Shown here piece by piece: positions 51,074 through 59,494 of a DNA stretch of 64,000 bases; the stretch's first letter is position 1; each line of letters opens with the position of its first letter. A program made the position numbers and the translations under genes. The notes beneath the pieces were generated by a model that did not search any database, had not been told where the DNA came from, and was given only the letters and a program-made list of their open reading frames with translations. This DNA comes from Clostridiales bacterium (GTDB lineage: Bacteria > Bacillota > Clostridia > Christensenellales > CAG-138): contig SFNQ01000007.1 of NCBI GenBank assembly GCA_004554165.1, positions 1,220 through 65,219 of the forward strand. The letters run 5' to 3'.

Positions 51074-52558
51074 GTGCTGCCGGTGACGGGCATCGTATTT
51101 CTGCTTTGCTTTACCGTCGTTCCCGTGCCGACGGATATTCTGATGGCCTTTGTTGTGGGCGCTGTGCTGCTGGTCATCGGCATGGGGCTGTTTACGCTGG
51201 GTACGGATCTTGCCATGACGCCCATTGGCGAGCAGGTGGGCTCCGCCATCACAAAGTCCCGGAAAATCTGGTTTGTTGTGCTCGTCTGCTTCGTGGTGGG
51301 CGTGATCATCACCGTGGCCGAGCCCGATTTGCAGGTGCTTGCCGGGCAGGTGCCCAACATTCCGAACCTCGCGATCATTCTTGCCGTGGCCATTGGCGTG
51401 GGCGCCTTCCTCGTGATCGCAATGCTGCGCATCATTTTTCGCATTCGCCTGTCCTACCTGCTCATCTTCTTCTATGCGCTGGTGTTCCTGCTGGTGCAGT
51501 TTGTGCCCGAGGCCTTCGTTGCCGTGGCCTTCGACTCCGGCGGCGTGACCACGGGACCCATGACCGTTCCCTTTATCATGGCGCTGGGCGTGGGCGCGGC
51601 GGCCATCCGCACCGACCGCGATGCGGACAACGACAGCTTCGGCCTTGTGGCGCTCTGCTCCATCGGGCCGATTCTGGCGGTGCTGATCCTCGGGCTGATC
51701 TTCCGGCCGGAGGCCGCGCAGAACGCCTATACGCCGGTCACCATTCCGGTGTTTGAGGACTCCCGCGCGCTCTGGCATTATTTCGCTTCCGCATTTCCGG
51801 AATATCTCAGCGAGGTGCTGCTGGCGCTGCTGCCGATTCTCCTGTTTTTCCTGCTGTTCCAGGTGTCGGTGATCAAGCTGCGGAAGGAGCCGCTGATCCG
51901 TATCGGAATCGGCCTGCTGTATACCTTCATCGGCCTCGTGCTGTTTCTGACGGGCGTAAACGTAGGCTTCATGCCGGTGGGAAATTACGTGGGCAGCCAG
52001 CTTGGCGCGCTTTCCTGCAACTGGATTATCATTCCCGTGGGCATGCTGATCGGCTATTTCATCGTCGCCGCGGAGCCTGCGGTGCATGTGCTCAACAAGC
52101 AGGTGTATGAGCTGACCTCCGGCGTTGTGCCGCAGAAGGCCATGCAGACCAGCCTGTCCATCGGCGTGTGCCTCTCCGTGGGGCTTGCGATGCTGCGCAT
52201 CGTGCTGGAGATACCCGTCCTGTATTTTCTCGTGCCGGGCTATCTGATCGCCATTGCGCTGTCCTTTTTCGTGCCGCCCATGTTTACGGCCATCGCGTTT
52301 GACTCGGGCGGCGTGGCCTCCGGGCCCATGACGGCCACCTTCCTTCTGCCGCTGGCCATGGGGGCCAGCGCTGCGCTGGGCGTCAATATTGTAGAATATG
52401 CTTTCGGCATTGTGGCCATGGTGGCCATGACGCCGCTGATTACGATTCAGATTCTCGGGGTCATGTTCCGAATCCGGCAGAGCAGGGCCGGCCGCCCAGA
52501 GCCGCGGCAGGCGGAGCCTGTGCGGGAGGAGCTGATCGAAATGGAGGGGGAGGAATGA
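51074..52558 (+). CDS. DUF1538-family polytopic membrane protein (two repeats)
   Basis: 494 aa, multi-TM, with repeated ..AFDSGGVTTGPMTVPF.. / ..AFDSGGVASGPMTATF.. motifs. The true start may lie upstream, since the in-frame sequence is open back to about 51002 with no ATG/GTG/TTG. Confidence 0.8.
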   Translation: MLPVTGIVFLLCFTVVPVPTDILMAFVVGAVLLVIGMGLFTLGTDLAMTPIGEQVGSAITKSRKIWFVVLVCFVVGVIITVAEPDLQVLAGQVPNIPNLAIILAVAIGVGAFLVIAMLRIIFRIRLSYLLIFFYALVFLLVQFVPEAFVAVAFDSGGVTTGPMTVPFIMALGVGAAAIRTDRDADNDSFGLVALCSIGPILAVLILGLIFRPEAAQNAYTPVTIPVFEDSRALWHYFASAFPEYLSEVLLALLPILLFFLLFQVSVIKLRKEPLIRIGIGLLYTFIGLVLFLTGVNVGFMPVGNYVGSQLGALSCNWIIIPVGMLIGYFIVAAEPAVHVLNKQVYELTSGVVPQKAMQTSLSIGVCLSVGLAMLRIVLEIPVLYFLVPGYLIAIALSFFVPPMFTAIAFDSGGVASGPMTATFLLPLAMGASAALGVNIVEYAFGIVAMVAMTPLITIQILGVMFRIRQSRAGRPEPRQAEPVREELIEMEGEE

Positions 52559-53253
52559 GCAATTTACGGCTTCTGATCGGCATCGTTCGACGAGACCAGG
52601 GGGAGGCGTATATCGATTTTTTCCGGGATTACGGGATACTGTCGGTGCTTGCCAACCTCTGCAACGGAACGGCGAGCAAGAGCATGCTCGACTATTTGGG
52701 AATCGAGAAGACAGAGCGGGTCATGCTCCAATGCATGATTCCCGCGGCGGATGAGAAACGGATCCTGCGCAGGCTTGAGGAGCGCATGGGCATCAACATG
52801 CCGGGCAGCGGCATCGCCATAACCATACCGGTGGGCAGTATCGGCGGCGCATCCAGCCTGAACTATCTGATGCAGGGGCAGGACACGACAAAGGACGAGG
52901 TGAAGAAAATGAGCGAAACACCGTACTCGCTGATTGTAACGATTGCCAACAAGGGGAATGTGGACCTGATCATGGACGCGGCCAGGAGCGCGGGCGCAAA
53001 GGGCGGCACGGTGATCCACGCCAGAGGAACCGGGACAAACCAGACCTCAAAGTTTTTCGGCCTCTCCATTGCCGCGGAGAAGGAGATGGTCTATATCGTC
53101 GCAAGAAAGAGCGATAAAGCGGCCATCATGCGCGCCATCATGGATCAGGCGGGGCCCAATTCTCCGGCGGCAGCGGTGCTGTTCGCGCTTCCCGTGGATA
53201 CGATCGTGGGCCTGCAAAGCGTTGCGCTGCCGGAGGAAGAGACGCAGGCCTAG
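52555..53253 (+). CDS. Tandem P-II-like signal-transduction protein
   Basis: 232 aa with two P-II-like halves (..LLIGIVRRDQGE.. and ..LIVTIANKGNVD..GGTVIHARGTG..). ATGA overlap with the DUF1538 gene. Confidence 0.7.
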   Translation: MSNLRLLIGIVRRDQGEAYIDFFRDYGILSVLANLCNGTASKSMLDYLGIEKTERVMLQCMIPAADEKRILRRLEERMGINMPGSGIAITIPVGSIGGASSLNYLMQGQDTTKDEVKKMSETPYSLIVTIANKGNVDLIMDAARSAGAKGGTVIHARGTGTNQTSKFFGLSIAAEKEMVYIVARKSDKAAIMRAIMDQAGPNSPAAAVLFALPVDTIVGLQSVALPEEETQA

Positions 53254-53375
53254 GGACGGCCGCCCCTTCGGACGGCGCCTGCTGCATTGGCGCCGCCCCC
53301 GCTGTCGCGTGCGCCTGAAATGTGGCCGGGAGAGCGGGGCTTTTCCGGCGGCAGAAAAACCAACCCGAAAGCACC

Positions 53376-53401
53376 TGAGCCGGCGCGGATGCGCCGGCTC
53401 A
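53376..53401. repeat. REP-like GC hairpin, family A (TGAGCCGGCGC-GGAT-GCGCCGGCTCA)
   Basis: Shares the core GCCGGCGC-N4-GCGCCGGC with the hairpin duplicated around element copy 2. Confidence 0.6.
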
Positions 53402-53548
53402 GTCTGTCCGGCGGCCGCAGCCTTTCGGCGGGCGGCGTCCCGGGTCTGACGGTATGGGCGGCAGAAGGGCCGCCCCCTCGAATTTTGCGCCCTGTGGTTT
53501 GTGATGCTGCCCGGGGTTAAAGCCCGCAGGACGGCAGGGAACAGAGCC

Positions 53549-53744
53549 GGGAGCTCGAAAAAACCTGGATTGTCAAGGGCCGCAGCCCCGGACCTTCCAT
53601 CCGCCGCTGGGGGCCTGTACGTCAGAAGGGATGATCCCCCTCGGGGGGTTCCCTTTTTCCGGTTTTGCCGCCATGAAACGTGCAGGGATTTTGGGCAAAA
53701 GCTGGTCTTTCAAAAAAGTCCGTCCGGACTCTTTTGACAGGCTG
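53549..53744 (-). mobile_element. Structured TIR element, copy 3 (diverged, inverted orientation)
   Basis: Collinear blocks match the reverse complement of copies 1/2: TCGAAAAA, GGGCCGCAGCCCC, TTCCATCCG, GTCAGAAnGGATGA, GGTTTTGCCGCC, GGCAAAA, AAAAAGT..ACT.TTT.GACA. Two hairpins are kept by compensatory changes. Confidence 0.6.
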
Positions 53745-53809
53745 AAGCGCCCCGGGCCCCTTTTTCGGCATACGGCTTCGGCGCGCCGGCCGTCCTCCGG
53801 GACGAGGAA

Positions 53810-55237
53810 TCAGCCGATGATATACTGCGGCGCTCTTTCCGGCTGTGCGGCAAGCTCCGCCCGCTTTTCGTCGTAGCCCGGCTTGCCAAGCAGGGCGTAG
53901 GTGGCGTTCTTTCCCTCCTCCACGCCGGGCTGGTCAAAGGCGTTGATGTTGAGCAGCTCGCCCGCAAAGGCGGTCATGACCTCGAACATGTACAGCAGCT
54001 CTCCGATGGTGAAGGGGTTTACCTCGGGCAGCGTGATCGTGTGCGACAGGTGGCCGCTTTTCATCACGGCATATTCCGTGGCCCGCTGCTCGGCCTGAAT
54101 CAGCTCGTTGAGCGAGTGTCCGCAGAGGAAGGAGACGTCCGGCAGGTGGGAATAGCCCTTGGGGATCGGCACCTCCGTGCGGTACCTGTCCACGCCGAGG
54201 AAGGTGATGACCTTGTCAAAGGGGCCCTCGGTGTAGAGCTGTACCTGGGAGTGCTGGTCCGTCACGCCCAGCGCCTTTACGGGCGTCTGGCCGGTATGCG
54301 CGGGGCTGCCGTCGCGGTGGACGCGCTTGCCCAGGGATTCGGCCCAGAGCTGCGCAAACCAGTCGGAGATGTATTTGAGCGAGTCGGCGTAGGGCATGAG
54401 CACGTTGATGTTGCAGCCGCGCTGCATGGCGATGTAGGCAAGGGTCGCCAGCAGGTAGGCGGGGTTTTTGCGAACGTCGCGCTCCCTGCACCACTCGTCC
54501 ATATAGGCCGCGCCCGCAAGCAGCTCGCGGATGTCGATCCCGCAGACTGCGGCAGTCAGAAGCCCAACGGGGCAAAGCTCCGAAAAACGTCCCCCCACGC
54601 CGTCCGGCACATAGAAGGTGGTGAGCTGCTCAAGGCGGGCGATCTTGATGAGGTTGCCCCTGACCTCGTCCGTGATGGCGATGAGGTGGCCGGAGATGTC
54701 CTCCCCATAGATTCTGTGCAGAATGTCGGAAACGATCAGAAGCTGGGACATGGTCTCGCTGGTTCCGCCGGACTTGGTGATTACGTTGAACACGGTTTTC
54801 TGCACGTCGATCACGTCCAGCAGCGCGGCCATGGATTCCGGGTCCACGTTGTCGATGACGAACAGGCGAGGCCCCCTGCGCTTTTCGTTGGGCAGGTCGT
54901 TGTAGCGCAGGTGGCTCAGCGCCTGCTGTACGGCGATGGGGCCCAGCGCGCTGCCGCCGATGCCCAGGACGACAAAGTTTTCGCAGCGCAGGCGGATGTC
55001 CGCGGCGGTTTTTTCGATTTCTTCAACGATCTGATTCTGATTGTGGGGCAAATCGCGCCAGCGCATCTGGGAGCGGTTGGCCTCCAGCGCTTCTGCGGCT
55101 GCGGCCAGCCTGGGGGCCAGCGCGTCGAGCTCCGCGTCCGCAATCCCCCGGTCGCCCAGTTGCAGGGCCATCATGTTGTTGTAGTCGATGCGCAGGCGCA
55201 TGCGGGTCTGAAAAGCCGGATCTTCATAACGCTTCAT
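53810..55237 (-). CDS. pgi: Glucose-6-phosphate isomerase
   Basis: 475 aa, ..VVLGIGGSALGP.., ..DQHSQVQLYTEG... Start is ATG 55237. Confidence 0.9.
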   Translation of the reverse strand: MKRYEDPAFQTRMRLRIDYNNMMALQLGDRGIADAELDALAPRLAAAAEALEANRSQMRWRDLPHNQNQIVEEIEKTAADIRLRCENFVVLGIGGSALGPIAVQQALSHLRYNDLPNEKRRGPRLFVIDNVDPESMAALLDVIDVQKTVFNVITKSGGTSETMSQLLIVSDILHRIYGEDISGHLIAITDEVRGNLIKIARLEQLTTFYVPDGVGGRFSELCPVGLLTAAVCGIDIRELLAGAAYMDEWCRERDVRKNPAYLLATLAYIAMQRGCNINVLMPYADSLKYISDWFAQLWAESLGKRVHRDGSPAHTGQTPVKALGVTDQHSQVQLYTEGPFDKVITFLGVDRYRTEVPIPKGYSHLPDVSFLCGHSLNELIQAEQRATEYAVMKSGHLSHTITLPEVNPFTIGELLYMFEVMTAFAGELLNINAFDQPGVEEGKNATYALLGKPGYDEKRAELAAQPERAPQYIIG

Positions 55238-55309
55238 GGTTTTAATCATCCTCCTGTGGTTCTGATATTGCCACATGCCGTCATATCCATAGTGGGGGAG
55301 GTGAGCGGC

Positions 55310-55786
55310 ATGGAACTGTGGCGGAGCTGCGCTGCGCGGGCGCTGCTGCTTCTGGCGGCGGGCCTTTGCCTGCTGCCCGCGTCGGGTTGCGTTCGGGCGG
55401 GGGAGACGGGCCTGCTCAGCGTGCGCGTGACGGACGGATGGACGGACGCGCCCATTGAAAACGCGCGGGTGGTCATTCCGGAAAACGGCGGCGTCTGCCA
55501 GACCGACGGGAATGGCAGGACGGTCCTGATGGAGGTTCCCGTGCTGCGGGACGCGCATTTCCGGCACATCCTTCCGCAGGACTGGGGTACGGTTACGGTA
55601 CTGGTCTATGCCGAAGGCTATTATGCCTGCGCGCTGTACCATGCGCGCGTTGCGGCGGATGCGCCTAGGGAGGATCTCCCCATACGATTGTTCCCAAACG
55701 ACGGCACGCTTGAAACGCCCTTCTCCCTGATCGAGTCTCCGGATGAGGACTGGGTCAGGGAGATGCTCCATCGCTACGGTTCCTGA
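55310..55786 (+). CDS. Lipoprotein with carboxypeptidase-regulatory-like beta-sandwich
   Basis: 158 aa, signal plus lipobox LLPASGC. GGGGAGG is the RBS. Confidence 0.6.
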   Translation: MELWRSCAARALLLLAAGLCLLPASGCVRAGETGLLSVRVTDGWTDAPIENARVVIPENGGVCQTDGNGRTVLMEVPVLRDAHFRHILPQDWGTVTVLVYAEGYYACALYHARVAADAPREDLPIRLFPNDGTLETPFSLIESPDEDWVREMLHRYGS

Positions 55787-55804
55787 GCGGCGGCGGGCGC
55801 AAGG

Positions 55805-56647
55805 TTACAGGGGCGAATCGCCGGATACGCTCCCAAAGCGGCCTGCAAACGCGCGGTATCCTTCATACAGCTCCGAAAGGTCGCCGTAGGAGTCGCTGTA
55901 GACCTCCACAAAGGCCGGGCCGCCATAGCCCTTTTGAGCAAGCCGCGTGAATACCCCGGCAAGATCGCAGTCGCCGCGGCCGGGCAGCAGCCATTTCCAG
56001 GTTCCGTCCGCAGCGCGGCGGTAGTCGCACAGATGCAGGTTTGCAATCAGTTCGCCAACGGCTTCAATATAGTCCGCGGGCGTATGGCCGCCCCGCACCG
56101 CCTGCTTGACGTCCAGCGTGTAGTGCAGCGCGTCGCCAAGCCGGTCGGACAGTCGCAGGCCATAGTCCGGCGTTCGGAACATGCCCCAGCTGACGTTTTC
56201 CAGCGTCAGCGTCACGCCATAGCCCCGCGCCATGGCGCAAAGATCGGCAAAGATGGGGACAATCCGATCCGGCTGGAGGTTTTTCGCCGCGCCGGACAGG
56301 TGGGCCGCGCCATGCATCACATAGCAGCTTGCGTTGAGCTGCTTTGCCGCGCGGAGCACCCGCTCAAAGATCCGCAGCGCGTCCGCGCGCTGGCGATGGT
56401 GGATCGAAAAGAGCTGCGGCTCAAACTGCGACCCCATGGGATGGACGCTGTAAATGGTAAGCCCGGCGGCCCTGGCCCGCTCCGCAAGAAGGGAGACAAA
56501 GCCCTCCTCGTATTCCGAGAAAGTATTCAGGAACAACTCCGCAATGGGGATGCGGTGCGCGCCAAGATCGGACACCACGTCCTCGATGTCCATCCGGTGG
56601 AAAAAGCTGGCGCTTGAGATGCCGATGCGCGGCGCTTTCAGAGCCAT
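55805..56647 (-). CDS. Sugar phosphate isomerase/epimerase (xylose-isomerase-like TIM barrel)
   Basis: 280 aa with family-like motifs. AGGAGG lies 8 nt upstream of ATG 56647. Confidence 0.75.
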   Translation of the reverse strand: MALKAPRIGISSASFFHRMDIEDVVSDLGAHRIPIAELFLNTFSEYEEGFVSLLAERARAAGLTIYSVHPMGSQFEPQLFSIHHRQRADALRIFERVLRAAKQLNASCYVMHGAAHLSGAAKNLQPDRIVPIFADLCAMARGYGVTLTLENVSWGMFRTPDYGLRLSDRLGDALHYTLDVKQAVRGGHTPADYIEAVGELIANLHLCDYRRAADGTWKWLLPGRGDCDLAGVFTRLAQKGYGGPAFVEVYSDSYGDLSELYEGYRAFAGRFGSVSGDSPL

Positions 56648-56691
56648 ATGCAAATCCTCCTGTTTCCATCATAGCACGATTCTCCCCGACA

Positions 56692-56700
56692 TGCTATAAT
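56692..56700 (+). promoter_or_regulatory. Extended -10 element (TGcTATAAT), 6 nt upstream of the DUF3810 start codon
   Basis: TGCTATAAT ends at 56700 and the ATG is at 56707. No Shine-Dalgarno sequence is present. Confidence 0.45.
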
Positions 56701-56706
56701 GGAAGC

Positions 56707-57855
56707 ATGGAAAAACTGCAAAACGCAAAACAGAAGCAGGACTGGCGGCCGGTGCTCTTGCGCCTCCCCTGGCTGCTGCTCCTTCCGCTGGGCCTGCTCC
56801 TGCCGCAGCTTTGCGCGGGGCGGCAGCAGGCCATGGAACGCTATGCGCAAACCCTGTACCCGGCCATAAAGGATGCGCTTTGCGCGGTCACCTCCCGCCT
56901 GCCCTTTTCCCTTGCGGAGGCGCTTTTGTACGCGCTCTGCATCGGCGTTCCCCTGCTGCTCGTGTCGCGGCTGATCCTGCTCTGCCTTCGCCGCATCACG
57001 CTTGCGCGCTTTACGCAAATCGTTCTGTCCCTGCTGATTGCGGCGGGCGTGGCGCTGAACCTGTTCTATGTCACCTGGGGGTTCAACTATTTCCGCGCGC
57101 CGCTGCCGGAGCGGATGGACCTTTCCCTGCGGGAGCGGCCGGTGGAGGAGCTCGGGGACTTCACAGCTGCGCTGGCAAAAGCGGCTTCCGCCCTGCGGGA
57201 GACCCTGCCGGAGGATGAAGCCGGGGTATTTACCGTGGCGGATAGCGCTCCGGCAGCGCTGTTTCCGGAGCTGGTGGACGCCTATGGGGCGCTGGCGAAG
57301 GAGTATCCCGTGTTTTCCGGCAGGGTGACGCCCGCAAAGTCCGTCGAATGGTCGGAGGGCCTGTCCTGGCTGGGCATATCCGGGATCTATATTGGACTGA
57401 CCGCAGAGCCCAACGTGAACACGCACCAGCCGCCGCTGCTGATGCTGCACGGCGCGGCGCATGAGATGGCGCATCAGCTGGGGATCGCCTCGGAGGATGC
57501 GGCGGAGCTGGCCGGCTTTCTTGCCTGTCTTTACGCGGACCGGCCGGAGATCGTCTATTCCGGGCTGGTCAACGCGCTTATCCACTGCGGCAACGCCCTG
57601 TACCGCGCGGATGCGGCGCAGTATGCGCTTGCGTACCGGCAGTATTCCGATGCCCTCGTGCGCGATCTTGCGGCCTATCGGCTGTATTGGCAGCGGTATG
57701 AGGGCAGGGCGGAGGAAATCGCCTCGCAGGCAAACGATGGATATCTCAAACACAACGCCCAGCAGAGCGGCATAAAAAGCTACGGCGAATCGGTGGATCT
57801 GCTGCTGGCCCTGCAGGAGTCAAAAAATATTTTAGCAAAGATAAATTATTTTTGA
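56707..57855 (+). CDS. DUF3810-family membrane protein with HExxH motif
   Basis: 382 aa with N-terminal TM segments and ..GAAHEMAHQLG... Confidence 0.8.
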   Translation: MEKLQNAKQKQDWRPVLLRLPWLLLLPLGLLLPQLCAGRQQAMERYAQTLYPAIKDALCAVTSRLPFSLAEALLYALCIGVPLLLVSRLILLCLRRITLARFTQIVLSLLIAAGVALNLFYVTWGFNYFRAPLPERMDLSLRERPVEELGDFTAALAKAASALRETLPEDEAGVFTVADSAPAALFPELVDAYGALAKEYPVFSGRVTPAKSVEWSEGLSWLGISGIYIGLTAEPNVNTHQPPLLMLHGAAHEMAHQLGIASEDAAELAGFLACLYADRPEIVYSGLVNALIHCGNALYRADAAQYALAYRQYSDALVRDLAAYRLYWQRYEGRAEEIASQANDGYLKHNAQQSGIKSYGESVDLLLALQESKNILAKINYF

Positions 57856-57873
57856 TATCTCTGTCTTTTTCTG

Positions 57874-57902
57874 TTTACAAAGCGAAAAAATTTGTGTATG
57901 CT
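57874..57902 (+). promoter_or_regulatory. Sigma-A-type promoter of the PLP-enzyme gene
   Basis: TTTACA, 17-nt spacer, TATGCT. Confidence 0.5.
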
Positions 57903-57943
57903 AGGGGTATCACCGAAAAATAATTTTGAATGGGAGTGGAACA

Positions 57944-59416
57944 ATGATCGATCTGACCATGCATCGTGACAACCTGAACCGTACGATAGCGCGTGCGAGA
58001 GAGAAGGGCATCATCATTCCGACCTTTGCGCAGATGCGTAACCCCGACCTGATTCCCGGAAAGATCAAAGAGCAGCTCAAAAGCGTCGGTCTGTGGGACC
58101 TGAATCCCCTCAACCTGTTCCGCATCAGCTGGCGCAACGAACAGAAGGAAACCGGCGGCGTGTTCGGCGATGTGAATTTCATCGAGGTTCCCTCCGTGCT
58201 GTCCGGCGTTAAGGCCCGCATCATCATCCTCACCGGCAAGTGGTTCCCCACCGGCTGCCACAAGGTCGGCGCATCCTTTGGCTGCCTCGTGCCGCGCCTT
58301 GTTACCGGACAGTTCGACCCCACCTATCATAAAGCGGTATGGCCCTCCACGGGCAATTACTGCCGCGGCGGCGCCTTCAACTCCAAGCTCCTGGCCTGCG
58401 ATTCCATCGCGATTCTTCCTGCGGAGATGAGCCGCGAGCGTTTCGAGTGGCTTTCCAACATCGCGGGCGAGGTCATCGCCACCCCCGGCTGCGAGAGCAA
58501 CGTCAAGGAAATCTTCGACAAGACCAAGGAGCTGCGCGAAACCCGCGAGGACGTCATGATCTTCAACCAGTTTGAGGAGATGGGCAACTGCGTGTGGCAT
58601 TATCAGGTCACCGGCAAGGCCATTCAGGATGCGTTCGAGCAGATCAAGCGCGAGGGTGACCGCTTCGCGGGCGCCTGCTTCACCTCGGGTTCCGCCGGCA
58701 CCATGAGCGCGGGCGACTATCTCAAGGAGCAGTATCCGCTGTCCAAGCTGGCCGTCGGCGAGGCGCTGCAGTGCCCCACGCTGCTGGAAAACGGCTTTGG
58801 CGGTCACCGCATCGAGGGCATTGGCGACAAGCACGTGCCGTGGATTCACAACGTCCGGAATACCGACATGGTCATCGATATCGACGACGAGGACAGCCAG
58901 AAGCTCCTGCGCCTGTTCAACGATCCCATCGGCCAGAAATACCTGGTCGAGGAGGTCGGCGTTCCCGCGGACTTTGTGGCAAAGCTCTCGCTGCTGGGCA
59001 TCTCCGGCATTGCCAACATGCTCTGCTGCATCAAGATGGCCAAGTACTATGAGCTGACCGAGCACGACGTGCTGGCCACCGTTGGCACGGACTCCGCCGT
59101 CATGTACCAGAGCCGTATTCAGGAGCTGGCGGACGCGGATGGCGCCTACACCAGCTGCATGGCCGCCGCAGACTACGCGGAGCACCTCCACGGCATCCGC
59201 ACCGACGTTATGGAGGAGCTGACCTATCAGGCCAGAAAGCGCGTCCACAATCTCAAGTACTACACCTGGGTCGAGCAGCAGGGCAAGACCTACGAGGAGA
59301 TCAACCAGCAGTGGTACGACGAGCATTACTGGACCGATATGCACGATCAGGCAAAGGATATCGACGCCCTCATCGACCAGTTCAACGACGAGGTGGGCCT
59401 GCTCAAGAAGCTGTAA
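57944..59416 (+). CDS. Fold-type-II PLP-dependent enzyme (cysteine synthase/TrpB-like, long form), function unknown
   Basis: 490 aa, ..FPTGCHKVGASFG.. (candidate PLP lysine), ..STGNYCRGGAF... Monocistronic, sitting between its own promoter and terminator. Confidence 0.75.
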   Translation: MIDLTMHRDNLNRTIARAREKGIIIPTFAQMRNPDLIPGKIKEQLKSVGLWDLNPLNLFRISWRNEQKETGGVFGDVNFIEVPSVLSGVKARIIILTGKWFPTGCHKVGASFGCLVPRLVTGQFDPTYHKAVWPSTGNYCRGGAFNSKLLACDSIAILPAEMSRERFEWLSNIAGEVIATPGCESNVKEIFDKTKELRETREDVMIFNQFEEMGNCVWHYQVTGKAIQDAFEQIKREGDRFAGACFTSGSAGTMSAGDYLKEQYPLSKLAVGEALQCPTLLENGFGGHRIEGIGDKHVPWIHNVRNTDMVIDIDDEDSQKLLRLFNDPIGQKYLVEEVGVPADFVAKLSLLGISGIANMLCCIKMAKYYELTEHDVLATVGTDSAVMYQSRIQELADADGAYTSCMAAADYAEHLHGIRTDVMEELTYQARKRVHNLKYYTWVEQQGKTYEEINQQWYDEHYWTDMHDQAKDIDALIDQFNDEVGLLKKL

Positions 59417-59450
59417 GCATCGGCTCAGCGATACGATTGATACGGAACAG

Positions 59451-59494
59451 AGCCGCCGGTTCCCGCAAAGGGGAGCCGGCGGCTTTCCGTTTTC
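59451..59494 (+). terminator. Intrinsic terminator
   Basis: 13-bp stem GCCGCCGGTTCCC / GGGGAGCCGGCGGC followed by TTTCCGTTTT. Confidence 0.75.
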
